Shown here: piece by piece, positions 46,716 through 55,675 of the stretch
Layout: every line of letters begins with the position of its first letter
Numbering within the stretch: position 1 is the stretch's first letter
Assembly (NCBI GenBank): GCA_963819275.1
Contig: CAWFVH010000011.1
Coordinates: forward strand, 3,744 to 67,743
DNA: 64,000 nucleotides
Origin: an uncultured Actinomycetes bacterium
Lineage (GTDB): Bacteria; Actinomycetota; Thermoleophilia; Gaiellales; Gaiellaceae
Reading direction: 5' to 3'
Notes under the pieces: generated by a model
What the model was told of the DNA's origin: nothing
The model's database searches: none
The model's input: only the letters and a program-made list of their open reading frames with translations
Made by a program: the position numbers and the translations under genes

Positions 46716-48041
46716 GTGACACTCCTCTTCGAGCTGATCGGGGTCGCAGTCCTGATCCTGCTCAACGCGTTCTTCGTGGCCGCGGAGTACGGCCTCGTCA
46801 CGGCGCGCCGGACGCGGATCATCGAGCTGCAGCACCAGGGGAACCGCCGCGCGCGCGACGTCCTGCGGATCACGGGCGACCCGGGTCGCTTCATCGCCGC
46901 GATGCAGCTCGGCGTCACGCTCACCTCGCTGGGCATCGGCGCGCTGGGCGAGGCGACGCTGTCGCGCGAGTTCGACAAGTGGATGTCCACGGTGCTCGCC
47001 GTGCTCATCGCCTACGCGATCCTCAGCTTCTTCCACGTCGTCTTCGGGGAGCTGGTGCCGAAGGGTGCGGCACTCGGGCACGCCGAGGGGACGGCGCTCT
47101 GGGTCTCGACCCCCGTGCGCGGGTTCCTGACAGCCTTTCGCCCGTTCATCTGGGCGCTGCAAGCCGCAAGCGACGCGATCCTCCACTCGTTCGGGCTCGA
47201 GCCGCCCGGCGCCGAACGCGAGGTTCACTCCGAGGCCGAACTTCGGATGCTCGTCTCGCGCTCGACCCAGCAGGGACAGATCGAGGAGGACGAGCGCGAG
47301 ATGATCGACAAGGTCTTCGTCTTCGGTGACAAGGACGTCGCCGACGTGATGGTGGCGAAACCGGACGTGTCCGCGGTCTCGGTCGACATGCCGGCCGAGG
47401 AGGCGCTCGCCGTCGTCCTCGACTCGCCTTTCACGCGCTATCCCGTCTTCCGCGAGTCGCTCGACGACATCGTCGGCGTCCTGCACGTGCGCGACCTCTT
47501 CAAGGCTATTCACGACCGTGGGCTGGAGGGCCTCGATCTCGCGTCGTTGCTGCGCCCGGCGTACGTGATCCCGGAGACGAAGGACCTCGCTTCGCTCCTG
47601 CAGGAGTTCCGCCGCACGAACAGCCACTTCGCCGTGGTGGTCGACGAGTACGGCGCGATGGCCGGAATCGCGACGCTCGAGGATCTGCTCGAGGAGATCG
47701 TCGGCGAGATCGAGGACGAGTTCGACGTGCCCGAGGAGCAAGTCGAGCAGATCGCCGAGGACGAGTACCGCGTCGACGGGATGTTCTCGATCGACGAGTT
47801 CAACGGGCGGTTCGGCACCGAGTTGCCGGACGAGGACTTCCACACGGTCGCCGGTTTCGTCTTCGGCCAGCTCGGGCGGGCCCCGGAGCCGGGCGACGAC
47901 GTCTCGTACGACGGAATGCGCTTCGACGTGCTAGAGGTGGAGGGCAACCGCATCGAGCGAATCGCGGTCACCTTCGAGCAACGCCCCGAGCCGCGCCGCG
48001 ACGAGAACGGGGACTACGTCGACGAGGACGAGGTCGAGTAG
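46716..48041 (+). CDS. CNNM/DUF21-CBS-CorC_HlyC hemolysin-family protein (putative divalent-cation efflux)
   Basis: 441 aa from a GTG start. N-terminal DUF21 TM domain (LLNAFFVAAEYGLV), a CBS pair and a CorC/HlyC C-terminal domain. Confidence 0.85.
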   Translation: MTLLFELIGVAVLILLNAFFVAAEYGLVTARRTRIIELQHQGNRRARDVLRITGDPGRFIAAMQLGVTLTSLGIGALGEATLSREFDKWMSTVLAVLIAYAILSFFHVVFGELVPKGAALGHAEGTALWVSTPVRGFLTAFRPFIWALQAASDAILHSFGLEPPGAEREVHSEAELRMLVSRSTQQGQIEEDEREMIDKVFVFGDKDVADVMVAKPDVSAVSVDMPAEEALAVVLDSPFTRYPVFRESLDDIVGVLHVRDLFKAIHDRGLEGLDLASLLRPAYVIPETKDLASLLQEFRRTNSHFAVVVDEYGAMAGIATLEDLLEEIVGEIEDEFDVPEEQVEQIAEDEYRVDGMFSIDEFNGRFGTELPDEDFHTVAGFVFGQLGRAPEPGDDVSYDGMRFDVLEVEGNRIERIAVTFEQRPEPRRDENGDYVDEDEVE

Positions 48042-48105
48042 AAGCGGTCGACGCTCAGGTACGAGGACGCCGGCGCAGGCGACCGCACCTTCTCTAGGCG
48101 CAGCT

Positions 48106-48558
48106 CTACGGCACGCGGCCGGGGCGCATCGGCCCGCGCGCCCAGTGCCCGCGTGTCTGTCCACCTCTCCGCGCTCGCCACATGAGCGGCCGGACGACGA
48201 AGACGAAGAGCAGCGGAACCGCGAACCAGGCAGCGTGGCCCCTCGTGGCGAACATCGCAAACGCGAGCGGGACGAGAATGAAAGGAACCGGCCATGGCAG
48301 CCAGCGCGACCGTTGTCTGGCCGGGACGACGTCAGCCCCGTCGCGGGGCAAATCGATGACGAGCTGGTCGAGGTCGGCGTAGGTCTTCGCCGGCAAGCAG
48401 CGTTCGAGTCTCATCTGAAACTCGTCCGTGTCCAGTCGCCCTTCGGCATGGCTTTGTCGCAGGATCTCGCTCACCGCATCGCGTTCCTTGTCGCCGACGC
48501 GGAGCGAGCGGTCGCGAGGCCCGTCAGAGTCGTACCGATTCTCACTCGTTGTAGCCAC
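48106..48558 (-). CDS. DUF1707 domain-containing membrane protein
   Basis: 150 aa from GTG, with GGAAGGA 4 nt upstream. The DUF1707 pattern (LRVGDKERDAVSEILRQSHAEGRLDTDEFQMRLE) is followed by two TM helices. Confidence 0.75.
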   Translation of the reverse strand: MATTSENRYDSDGPRDRSLRVGDKERDAVSEILRQSHAEGRLDTDEFQMRLERCLPAKTYADLDQLVIDLPRDGADVVPARQRSRWLPWPVPFILVPLAFAMFATRGHAAWFAVPLLFVFVVRPLMWRARRGGQTRGHWARGPMRPGRVP

Positions 48559-48624
48559 GTCGTCCTTCCAGCCTAGGCGTACGTCTCGCCAGCGTCAGCC
48601 GCGGGCAGGGCGTAGATCACAAAC

Positions 48625-48657
48625 GTGCTCTTGGCCAAGATCAAGCCAAGCGAGCAC
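48625..48657 (-). terminator. stem-loop plus U-rich tail after the cys operon
   Basis: On the minus strand, GTGCTCgcTTGGC-ttgatcttg-GCCAAGAGCAC is followed by GTTTGTG, about 70 nt after the mec stop. Confidence 0.5.
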
Positions 48658-48692
48658 GACTCAAGTGTACGCCGCTCGCGCTGACATCCATG

Positions 48693-48720
48693 GGTCATTC
48701 CGGAACACCGGCCCAGGCGA
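48693..48720. repeat. 28-nt dispersed repeat, copy A
   Basis: GGTCATTCCGGAACAccGGCCCAGGCGA matches copy B at 63961-63988 at 26 of 28 positions. Contains the palindromic core TTCCGGAA. Confidence 0.6.
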
Positions 48721-48728
48721 GCGATCGG

Positions 48729-49103
48729 TCACCCGAGCTCGAGCGGCTCGATCCCGCCTTTGGCGATCGTCCACGCGGCGAGCTCGTCGCGCGCGACCGA
48801 GTAGATGAAGTACGGCCGGCCCTGCCAGAGGCCGACGTTCTCGACGTCGGTGCGCGACGGGCGAGGTGGGGCAGACACGTGGGAGTGGACGACCGCGAGC
48901 CCGTATCCGTCGTCCTCGAGGAACCAGAGCTCCGGGGCGACCTCGAGCTCGAAGCGGTACGGCGACTTGGCGCCGTTGCGTCCCGGCTCATAGCGGTCGG
49001 CAACGCCGTCGCGCAATACGAGCAGGCCGCAGCTCTCGTTCGGCAGCTCCTGTCGTGCATGGTCGGCGAGCGCCTCGCGCACCGCCGGCGGCACTACCAC
49101 CAC
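48729..49103 (-). CDS. mec: JAMM/MPN+ metalloprotease (Mec-type, sulfur-carrier C-terminal peptidase)
   Basis: 124 aa with the JAMM motif: E in NESCGLL plus HSHVSAPPRPSRTD. Directly downstream of cysM, with a 10-nt overlap. Confidence 0.85.
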   Translation of the reverse strand: MVVVPPAVREALADHARQELPNESCGLLVLRDGVADRYEPGRNGAKSPYRFELEVAPELWFLEDDGYGLAVVHSHVSAPPRPSRTDVENVGLWQGRPYFIYSVARDELAAWTIAKGGIEPLELG

Positions 49104-50029
49104 AGCTTGCTCTCGTCGATCTCCTCGCCCCGCCAGAAGCCCGCGGAGAGGTACTTCCAGCCGCCGTCGGCGAGGATGCAGACCACGACTCCCTCGTCGA
49201 GCTCGTCGGCGAGCCGGCGGCCGACGTGGAGGACGGCGCCGCTCGAGACTCCCGCGAAGACGCCCTCGCGCTCGAGGAGCGCGTGCGCGTCGGCGACGGC
49301 GTCCTCGTTCGAGACGAGCAGCTTCCGGTCGAGCTTCGAGACGTCGAGGATCGGAGGCACGTAGCCGTCGTCGAGCGAGCGCAGCCCCATGACGGGATCG
49401 CCGGGCAGCGGCTCGGCGGCGGCGACGACGACGTCGGGGAAGCTCTCGCGCACCCGTGTGCCGGCGCCCATCAGCGTCCCGCCGGTGCCGAGGCCCGCGA
49501 CGAGCACGTCGACGCGGTCGAGGGCAGCGGCGATCTCCGCGCCCGTGCCCTCGTAGTGGGCGCGCGGGTTCGCCTCGTTCGCGTACTGGAACGGCATGAA
49601 GTAGCGCGGCTCCCGCTCGGCCAGCTCGAGCGCGAGACGGACCGCGCCGTTCGAGCCTTCGGCGCCGGGCGACTCGACGATCGTCGCGCCGTACAGGCGC
49701 AAGAGTTGTCGGCGCTCCTCGGTCGCGTTCTCCGGCAGAACGCAGGTGAGCCGGTAGCCCTTGAGCTTCGCGACGAGCGCCAGCGCGATGCCCGTGTTGC
49801 CGGAGGTCGGCTCGAGCAGCTGGCGGCCCGGCTCGAGCTCGCCTGCGGCCTCGGCCGCTTCGATCATCGACAGCGCCACGCGGTCCTTGATCGAGCCGGT
49901 CGGGTTCTGGCCTTCGAGCTTCGCGTACAGGCGCACCGACGGCTTCGGCGAGAGGCGCGGCAGCTCGACGAGCGGAGTGTTGCCTACGAGCTCGAGCAGG
50001 GAGCCCGCGGTGCGGACGCTAGAGCCCAC
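49094..50029 (-). CDS. cysM: cysteine synthase (CysM-type, PLP-dependent)
   Basis: 311 aa. PLP-Lys motif NPTGSIKDR, TSGNTG and GTGGT. The GTG start lies inside the last codons of cysO. Confidence 0.9.
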   Translation of the reverse strand: MGSSVRTAGSLLELVGNTPLVELPRLSPKPSVRLYAKLEGQNPTGSIKDRVALSMIEAAEAAGELEPGRQLLEPTSGNTGIALALVAKLKGYRLTCVLPENATEERRQLLRLYGATIVESPGAEGSNGAVRLALELAEREPRYFMPFQYANEANPRAHYEGTGAEIAAALDRVDVLVAGLGTGGTLMGAGTRVRESFPDVVVAAAEPLPGDPVMGLRSLDDGYVPPILDVSKLDRKLLVSNEDAVADAHALLEREGVFAGVSSGAVLHVGRRLADELDEGVVVCILADGGWKYLSAGFWRGEEIDESKLWW

Positions 50030-50291
50030 CGGCCATCGCCGGGAGGAGGATCACGGTGTTCCCATGCTCGATCTGCGTGTCGAGCCCGTCGAGCGTGCGC
50101 ACGTCCTCTCCTTCGACGTAGACGTTCACGAACGGCGCGATCTCCTCGTTCTCCACGAGCTGCGGGCGCAGCGAGGGGAAGCGGGCCATCAGGTCGTCGA
50201 GCAACTCGCGCACCGTGCCGCCCTCGGCGGGCACCTCGCGCGCGCCTCCGACCTCGCCGCGGAGCTGGGGTGGAATCCGCACGACGCTCAT
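50019..50291 (-). CDS. cysO: ThiS/MoaD-family sulfur carrier protein (CysO-like)
   Basis: 90 aa from ATG 50289-50291 (ATGA overlap with the upstream gene). Beta-grasp pattern ending ...TVILLPAMAGGL. Confidence 0.8.
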   Translation of the reverse strand: MSVVRIPPQLRGEVGGAREVPAEGGTVRELLDDLMARFPSLRPQLVENEEIAPFVNVYVEGEDVRTLDGLDTQIEHGNTVILLPAMAGGL

Positions 50292-51463
50292 GCGTGCGTA
50301 GGCCTCCCCGAACAGAACTCGACGTAGTCGACGTACTCCGTGATCGTGGGCGACTCGCCGCAGACGGGGCAGTTCGGGTCGCGGCGGAGAGTGACCTCGC
50401 TGAACTCGGTCGCGAGCGCATCGAACAGGAGCAGCCGGCCGACGAGCGACTCGCCGATCCCGAGGCAGAGCTTGAGCGTCTCGCTCGCCTGCAGGGAACC
50501 GATGATCCCCGGCAGGACGCCGAGCACGCCACCCTCGGCGCAGCTCGGGGCGAGCTCGGGTGGCGGAGGTTGCGGGAAGAGGCAGCGGTAGCACGGGCCG
50601 TCATGTGGCTTGAAGACCGTGGCTTGCCCCTCGAAGCGGTAGATCGAGCCGTGGACGAGCGGGATGTCGTGCCAGACCGCGGCGTCGTTGATCAGGTACC
50701 GCGTCGGGAAGTTGTCGGCGCCGTCGACGATCACGTCCCAGCCGTCGGCGAGGATCCGCTCGACGTTCTCGGACGTCAGCCGCTCGATGTACGGCACGAC
50801 CTCGACGTCCGGATTGAGCTCCTCGAGCGTCCGCTTCGCCGACTCGGCCTTCCAGTCGCCGAGGCGCCCGGTCGAGTGGAGCACCTGGCGCTGCAGGTTC
50901 GACGCGTCCACGCGGTCGTCGTCGACGATCCCGAGCCGTCCGACGCCCGCGGCCGCGAGGTAGAGCGCGGACGGCGAGCCGAGGCCCCCGGCGCCGAGCA
51001 GCAGCACGCGCGAGTCGAGCAACTTGAGCTGGCCCTCTTCGCCGACCTCCGGGATGAGGACGTGGCGGCTGTAGCGCTGGCGCTTCTCGCCGTCGAGCGT
51101 GCGCGGCAGCTCGGTGGGGAGGCCGCTCCGCTTCCAGTCGGTGTAGCCGCCGGCGAGCGAGACGACGTGTTCGTAGCCGAGCTCCTCGAGCGATTTCGCA
51201 GCGAAGGCCGAGCGGTTGCCGGCGGCGCAATAGAGGAAGATCGGTTGCGAGCGATCGGGCGCCGCCTGCTCGATCCGCGACTCGAGGTTGCCGCGCGGGA
51301 TGTGGATCGCGCCCGGGATCCGTCCCTCGGTCCATTCGTCGAGCTCGCGGACGTCGACGACGAGCGGGCGCTCGGGAGCGTCGAGCAGGTCGCGCGCCTG
51401 CGTGACGTCGACCTCGTCGATCTCCGACTTGACCTGCTGCAACAGTTCGCGGTAGCTGGGCAT
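50288..51463 (-). CDS. rhodanese-ThiF/MoeB fusion (MoeZ-like sulfur-carrier adenylyltransferase/sulfurtransferase, permuted order)
   Basis: 391 aa from ATG 51461-51463. N-terminal rhodanese with active-site loop LYCAAGNRS, then an E1 domain (LLGAGGLGSP, zinc site CYRC...CPVCG). Confidence 0.85.
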   Translation of the reverse strand: MPSYRELLQQVKSEIDEVDVTQARDLLDAPERPLVVDVRELDEWTEGRIPGAIHIPRGNLESRIEQAAPDRSQPIFLYCAAGNRSAFAAKSLEELGYEHVVSLAGGYTDWKRSGLPTELPRTLDGEKRQRYSRHVLIPEVGEEGQLKLLDSRVLLLGAGGLGSPSALYLAAAGVGRLGIVDDDRVDASNLQRQVLHSTGRLGDWKAESAKRTLEELNPDVEVVPYIERLTSENVERILADGWDVIVDGADNFPTRYLINDAAVWHDIPLVHGSIYRFEGQATVFKPHDGPCYRCLFPQPPPPELAPSCAEGGVLGVLPGIIGSLQASETLKLCLGIGESLVGRLLLFDALATEFSEVTLRRDPNCPVCGESPTITEYVDYVEFCSGRPTHA

Positions 51464-51509
51464 CGCTTTCGGAAATGTAGCGACCCGGTTCGCGGCTACG
51501 CTCGAAATC

Positions 51510-52511
51510 GTGGCCACAGCAGTTCGCCCGCTTGCGGCGGCTCGGAGCCGGCGCGTCGTCCTGTTCGTCGTTGTGATCGCGCTCGTCGCCGCAGGAGCCG
51601 TCGTGGGGGCGACGCTGTGGCAGACGCGCGGCGAGACCACCACCGTGCCGAGTGCGGTGATCAAGGCGCAGTCGGGAACTCCGCCGGTCTTCTTCGACTT
51701 CGGTCTCCGCGGCGGCCGAGAGGTGCAGGATCTCTCCCGCGCTGCCGACCTCCTCAACGCGAAGAAGCTCGCTGCGGCTCGCGCGATCTTCGAGCGCTAC
51801 CATTCGCTCCAGGCCCGGATCGGGCTCGCCTTTGCGGACTGGTCCAACGGCGACGGCCTCGTCACGCTGAAGACGCTGGTCGCGCAGTACCCCGACAGCC
51901 CGGCCGCGCAGTATCACCTCGGCTGGGCTCTGTACTGGTCCGGGCGCGTCGCGGACGCGGCCAGGGAGTGGAAGCGCGTCGACACGCACTTCCCCGACTC
52001 GCCCGAGTCGGTCGAGGCCGAGAACCAGCTCTACCCCTCCGACCAGTCGGGCCTGCCGAACCTCTTCTTGCCGGTGAAGCTGCCGCAGGCGGCGAGCCGT
52101 GCCGCGCAGCAACGCGCGCTCGCGAGCGCGGCGCGCGGGCGGAACGTCGAGGCGAAGCTCCGCTACGGCTACTTCCTCTGGGAACTCTGGCATCGGGTCT
52201 CGGCGGAGCGCCAGTTCGCTGCTGCTGCTCGGCTCGCGCCGCACAACCCGTATGCGCGGACGGCGGCAGCGGTCGCGCTCTTCAGCAAGGCGGCGTCGCC
52301 CCGCGCCTTCTCACGGCTCGGCCCGCTGACCGCCGTCTTCCCGCACGCACCCGTCGTCCGCTTCGAGCTCGGCCTGCTCCTCATCTCGACTGCGCAACCG
52401 GCGAAGGGTCTGAAGCAGCTTCGGCTGGCCGCTGCCGAGGCTCCTCGCTCGCCCTACGCGAAAACAGTACGAACCCTGCTTTCCAGCATTGGGAAGCATG
52501 GGACCAAGTAA
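51510..52511 (+). CDS. membrane-anchored TPR-like repeat protein
   Basis: 333 aa from a GTG start. One N-terminal TM helix and helical-repeat composition ([18 protein letters not shown]...). Confidence 0.55.
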   Translation: MATAVRPLAAARSRRVVLFVVVIALVAAGAVVGATLWQTRGETTTVPSAVIKAQSGTPPVFFDFGLRGGREVQDLSRAADLLNAKKLAAARAIFERYHSLQARIGLAFADWSNGDGLVTLKTLVAQYPDSPAAQYHLGWALYWSGRVADAAREWKRVDTHFPDSPESVEAENQLYPSDQSGLPNLFLPVKLPQAASRAAQQRALASAARGRNVEAKLRYGYFLWELWHRVSAERQFAAAARLAPHNPYARTAAAVALFSKAASPRAFSRLGPLTAVFPHAPVVRFELGLLLISTAQPAKGLKQLRLAAAEAPRSPYAKTVRTLLSSIGKHGTK

Positions 52512-52587
52512 AGAAAATATGAGCCGAACGGCCTATGGCGGTGGCGGCTCCGCGCATGGCATCCTCCGGCATCGCACGGAGGGGGAA

Positions 52588-53676
52588 ATGGCCGAAACAG
52601 CAGTAGAGGTGGCGTCACCTAGCGAGGTTTTCGAGGTCGAGGAGGCGCGGAGCCTGCTCGAGGCGGCGCAGGCGGCCGGTCGTGTCAACGCCGAGGAGCT
52701 CGCACTTTCGCTCGACGAGCTCGAACTCGAGCCGGCTCAGATCGAGGAGGTCTACCGGGCGCTCGAGGAGCTGCAGGTCGAGGTCGTCGACGCGCAGGCC
52801 ACCGAAGCGGACGTCAAGGCGCCGGCGCGGATCGACGAGACCGTCCGGGAGGTCTCGACCGACGCGCTGCAGCTGTTCCTCAAGGACATCGGCAAGGTCC
52901 AGCTGCTGACCGCGGCCGAGGAGGTCGAGCTCGCGAAGCGGATCGAGCGCGGCGACCATGGCGCTAAGCAGGAGATGGTCGAGGCGAACCTCCGCCTCGT
53001 CGTCTCGATCGCCAAGCGTTACCGCAACCAGGGCCTGCCCTTCCTCGACCTGATCCAGGAGGGGACGATCGGCCTGGTCCGCGCGGCCGAGAAGTTCGAC
53101 TGGCGCAAGGGCTACAAGTTCTCGACGTACGCGACGTGGTGGATCCGCCAGGCGGTCGCCCGCGCGCTCGCCGACAAGGGCCGCACGATCCGGATGCCCG
53201 TCCACGTCGTCGAGAAGCTCAACAAGATCGTTCGCTCCGAGCGCAAGCTGCGCGGCGAGCTCTGCCGCGAGCCGCTGCCGATCGAGATCGCGATCGACAT
53301 CGACCTGCCGCTCGACGAGGTCGAGCAGATCCTCCGCACCTCGCAGGCTCCGATCTCGCTCGAGAAGCCGGTCGGCGACGAGGAGGAGTCGGAGTTCGGG
53401 CACTTCCTCACCGACGAAAACGCCCCGCTCCCCGACGAGGTGGCCGACACGACGCTGCGCCAGGAGCTGCTGGGCGACATCCTCGGCACGCTCTCGCAAC
53501 GCGAGAGGCGCGTGCTCGAGCTGCGCTACGGCCTCGGCGGCGAGCAGCCGCGTACCCTCGACGAGGTCGGCCGCACGTTCAACGTGACACGCGAGCGGAT
53601 CCGCCAGATCGAGAACCAGAGCCTGAAGAAGCTCCGCGCGCTCGCGGCCACGGATTCGCTCAAAGACGTCGCGTAG
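52588..53676 (+). CDS. rpoD: RNA polymerase sigma factor, RpoD/SigA family
   Basis: 362 aa from ATG 52588 (GGAGGGGG upstream). Regions 1.2-4.2 are present ([67 protein letters not shown]). Confidence 0.9.
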   Translation: MAETAVEVASPSEVFEVEEARSLLEAAQAAGRVNAEELALSLDELELEPAQIEEVYRALEELQVEVVDAQATEADVKAPARIDETVREVSTDALQLFLKDIGKVQLLTAAEEVELAKRIERGDHGAKQEMVEANLRLVVSIAKRYRNQGLPFLDLIQEGTIGLVRAAEKFDWRKGYKFSTYATWWIRQAVARALADKGRTIRMPVHVVEKLNKIVRSERKLRGELCREPLPIEIAIDIDLPLDEVEQILRTSQAPISLEKPVGDEEESEFGHFLTDENAPLPDEVADTTLRQELLGDILGTLSQRERRVLELRYGLGGEQPRTLDEVGRTFNVTRERIRQIENQSLKKLRALAATDSLKDVA

Positions 53677-53694
53677 CAGGCGTAGACTCCGCCG

Positions 53695-54117
53695 GTGCGG
53701 AAGCTCGGGCCTGAGGATCTCGGCGACCTGCTCGAGCTGCCGCTCGTTGCCGTTCTGGCCACATATCGCATGGACGGCGGCGTCCTGCTCTCGCCGGTCT
53801 GGCATCAGTGGCGGGACGGCGGCTTCGACGTTGCGGTCGGCCCCAACGACGTCAAGCTGAAGCATCTCCGCCGCGACCCGCGGGCCAGCATCGTCGTCTA
53901 CGAGCACGAGCCTCCGTACCGCGGGCTCGAAGTGCGCGGCGAGGCGCGTCTCGTCCAGGGTGGCGGCCTGGCCCCACTCAGCTCGATGGCTGTTCGCTAC
54001 CTCGGCCCGGAGGGCGGCCCGGCGTATGTGGAGTCGGTCTCCGCTGCGGACACCGTGCTCGTCCGGCTGGAGCCGGGGGAGCTCCGCGGCTGGGACTTCG
54101 CCGACGACCTGGGCTGA
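53695..54117 (+). CDS. pyridoxamine 5'-phosphate oxidase-family (FMN/F420-binding split-barrel) protein
   Basis: 140 aa from a GTG start. Pattern LPLVAVLATYRMDGGVLLSPVWH...RASIVVYE. Confidence 0.65.
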   Translation: MRKLGPEDLGDLLELPLVAVLATYRMDGGVLLSPVWHQWRDGGFDVAVGPNDVKLKHLRRDPRASIVVYEHEPPYRGLEVRGEARLVQGGGLAPLSSMAVRYLGPEGGPAYVESVSAADTVLVRLEPGELRGWDFADDLG

Positions 54118-54118
54118 G

Positions 54119-54997
54119 CTACCGCCCCAGGAAACTCTCGAGCGAGCTCGCGATCCCGGCGGCATCGAGCCCGTGCGCAGCGCGATGCTCCGCTCCCGTG
54201 CCGTAGCGGCGGAACTCCTTGTTCGGGACGCCCAGCGCGAGCAGGCGGTGCGGCCGGTCGCGCAGCGCGACTGCGATCTCTGAAGCCGAAGTGCCGGCGA
54301 GGTACGGCTCGACGAGGACCACGTCTGTCCCCGTCCCGAGTGCGTCGCGCACCTCGTCGTGCGGGAACGGCCGCACGGTTGCGATGTAGGCGACGGTCAC
54401 GTCTCGGTCGGCGGTCGCCTCGAGGACGGGCGTCAGCGTCGGGCCGACGGCGACCACGAGCGGTGCGCCGTGCGAGCCGTGGCGGAGCACGGTGAGCCAA
54501 CTCCCGTCGACGCGGGCGTGATTGGTCTCCTCGCTCAGCCGGAGATAGGTGCGGCCGTCGCCGCCGAGTGCCTGACGAAACAGCCGCTCGGCTTCGTCGA
54601 CGTGGCCGGGGATGTGGATCGTCCAGCCGGGCAGCGCCGCGACGAGCGCGACGTCCTCGGGCGCCTGGTGTGTGCGCCCCTCGTGTGCGGCGTCGTATGA
54701 CGCACCGATGCTGACGAGGACGGCGCCGAGGTCGTTGTGGCCGAGGTCGAGCTTGAGCATCTCGTACGGGCGCTCGACGAGGAACGGCGTGTAGGAGTGC
54801 GCGATCGGTCGGTAGCCGTCGAGCGCGAGGCCGGCCGCGACGCCGATCATCAGCTGCTCGCGGATGCCGACGTCGAAGTGCCGCGGATGCTCACCGATCG
54901 AGTCGGTTCCGATCTGGGCCGTGACGACGGCGACTCGCTCGTCCTCGTCGAGCGCGGTGCGGGCGAGGTCGTAGAAGCGCTGGCGCATGGCGGTCAT
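54119..54997 (-). CDS. transketolase family protein, C-terminal (pyrimidine-binding) subunit
   Basis: 292 aa from ATG 54995-54997 (ATGA overlap). Pattern DVGIREQLMIGVAAGLA...HQAPEDVA. Confidence 0.8.
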   Translation of the reverse strand: MTAMRQRFYDLARTALDEDERVAVVTAQIGTDSIGEHPRHFDVGIREQLMIGVAAGLALDGYRPIAHSYTPFLVERPYEMLKLDLGHNDLGAVLVSIGASYDAAHEGRTHQAPEDVALVAALPGWTIHIPGHVDEAERLFRQALGGDGRTYLRLSEETNHARVDGSWLTVLRHGSHGAPLVVAVGPTLTPVLEATADRDVTVAYIATVRPFPHDEVRDALGTGTDVVLVEPYLAGTSASEIAVALRDRPHRLLALGVPNKEFRRYGTGAEHRAAHGLDAAGIASSLESFLGR

Positions 54998-55638
54998 TTC
55001 GCCTCCACCTCCGCGACGATGCAGCGCGGTTTCGTGGCCTCGGGATCGGGGGTCAGCGCGGCCTCGAGCTGCTCGTGGTCGCGCCCGTCGACGCGCTGCG
55101 CCGCCCAGCCTTCGAGCATGAAGCGGCGCTCGACGCCCTCCGGCCATCCGTGCGAGGACGAGTCGTTGTCGATCACGACCGCCGTCAGCGAGGCGAGCCC
55201 GATGCGTCCGGCGTACTGCACCGCCTCCCAGTTCGAGCCTTCCTCGAGCTCGGCGTCGCCGACGAGGCAGATGACGCGGCGGCCGGTGAGGGCGCTGCCG
55301 ACGGCGACTGCGAGCCCATGGCCGAGCGAGCCGCTCGAGAACTCGGCGCCCGGCACGAGCTTGCGGTCGGGGTGGTGGCCGAGCGGCGAGTCGAAGTCGC
55401 CTAAGCGGTCGAGGAGCTCGGCCGGCAGCAGCCCTTTCCCTGCAAGTACGGCGTAGTACGCCGCCGGGCCGTGGCCCTTCGAGAGGATGAAGCGGTCGTC
55501 TCTGTCGAGGATTCGGTCGTAGAGAACCCAGAGCACGTCGAGCGTCGAGAACGAGCTCCGGTCGTGCTTCTCGTCGCCGATCAGCCGCGTGAGCAGCGCC
55601 GGCAGATCCTCATAGCTGAGTGTCGTCGCGATTGCCAT
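54994..55638 (-). CDS. transketolase family protein, N-terminal (TPP-binding) subunit
   Basis: 214 aa from ATG 55636-55638 (the listed TTG 55659 lies inside the SoxR box). Motifs SKGHGPAAYY and the TPP motif GDAELEEGSNWEA. Confidence 0.8.
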   Translation of the reverse strand: MAIATTLSYEDLPALLTRLIGDEKHDRSSFSTLDVLWVLYDRILDRDDRFILSKGHGPAAYYAVLAGKGLLPAELLDRLGDFDSPLGHHPDRKLVPGAEFSSGSLGHGLAVAVGSALTGRRVICLVGDAELEEGSNWEAVQYAGRIGLASLTAVVIDNDSSSHGWPEGVERRFMLEGWAAQRVDGRDHEQLEAALTPDPEATKPRCIVAEVEAK

Positions 55639-55644
55639 GCCGGA

Positions 55645-55675
55645 ACCGTAGAACTTCAACTAAGGTTGAAGTCAA
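55645..55675 (-). promoter_or_regulatory. SoxR-dependent promoter: -35 TTGACT, 19-nt spacer with SoxR box, -10 TACGGT
   Basis: The minus strand reads TTGACT-tcaaccttagttgaagttc-TACGGT-tccggc-ATG. The perfect palindrome ACTTCAAC-CTTA-GTTGAAGT is at plus 55653-55672. Confidence 0.7.

Noticed and set aside
48866-52522. 1218-aa plus-strand ORF
   Set aside because: It is antisense to mec-cysM-cysO-moeZ and out of frame with the TPR gene. Arg/Ala/Gly/Pro-rich low-complexity translation. Artefact of the absence of stop codons in GC-rich antisense frames.
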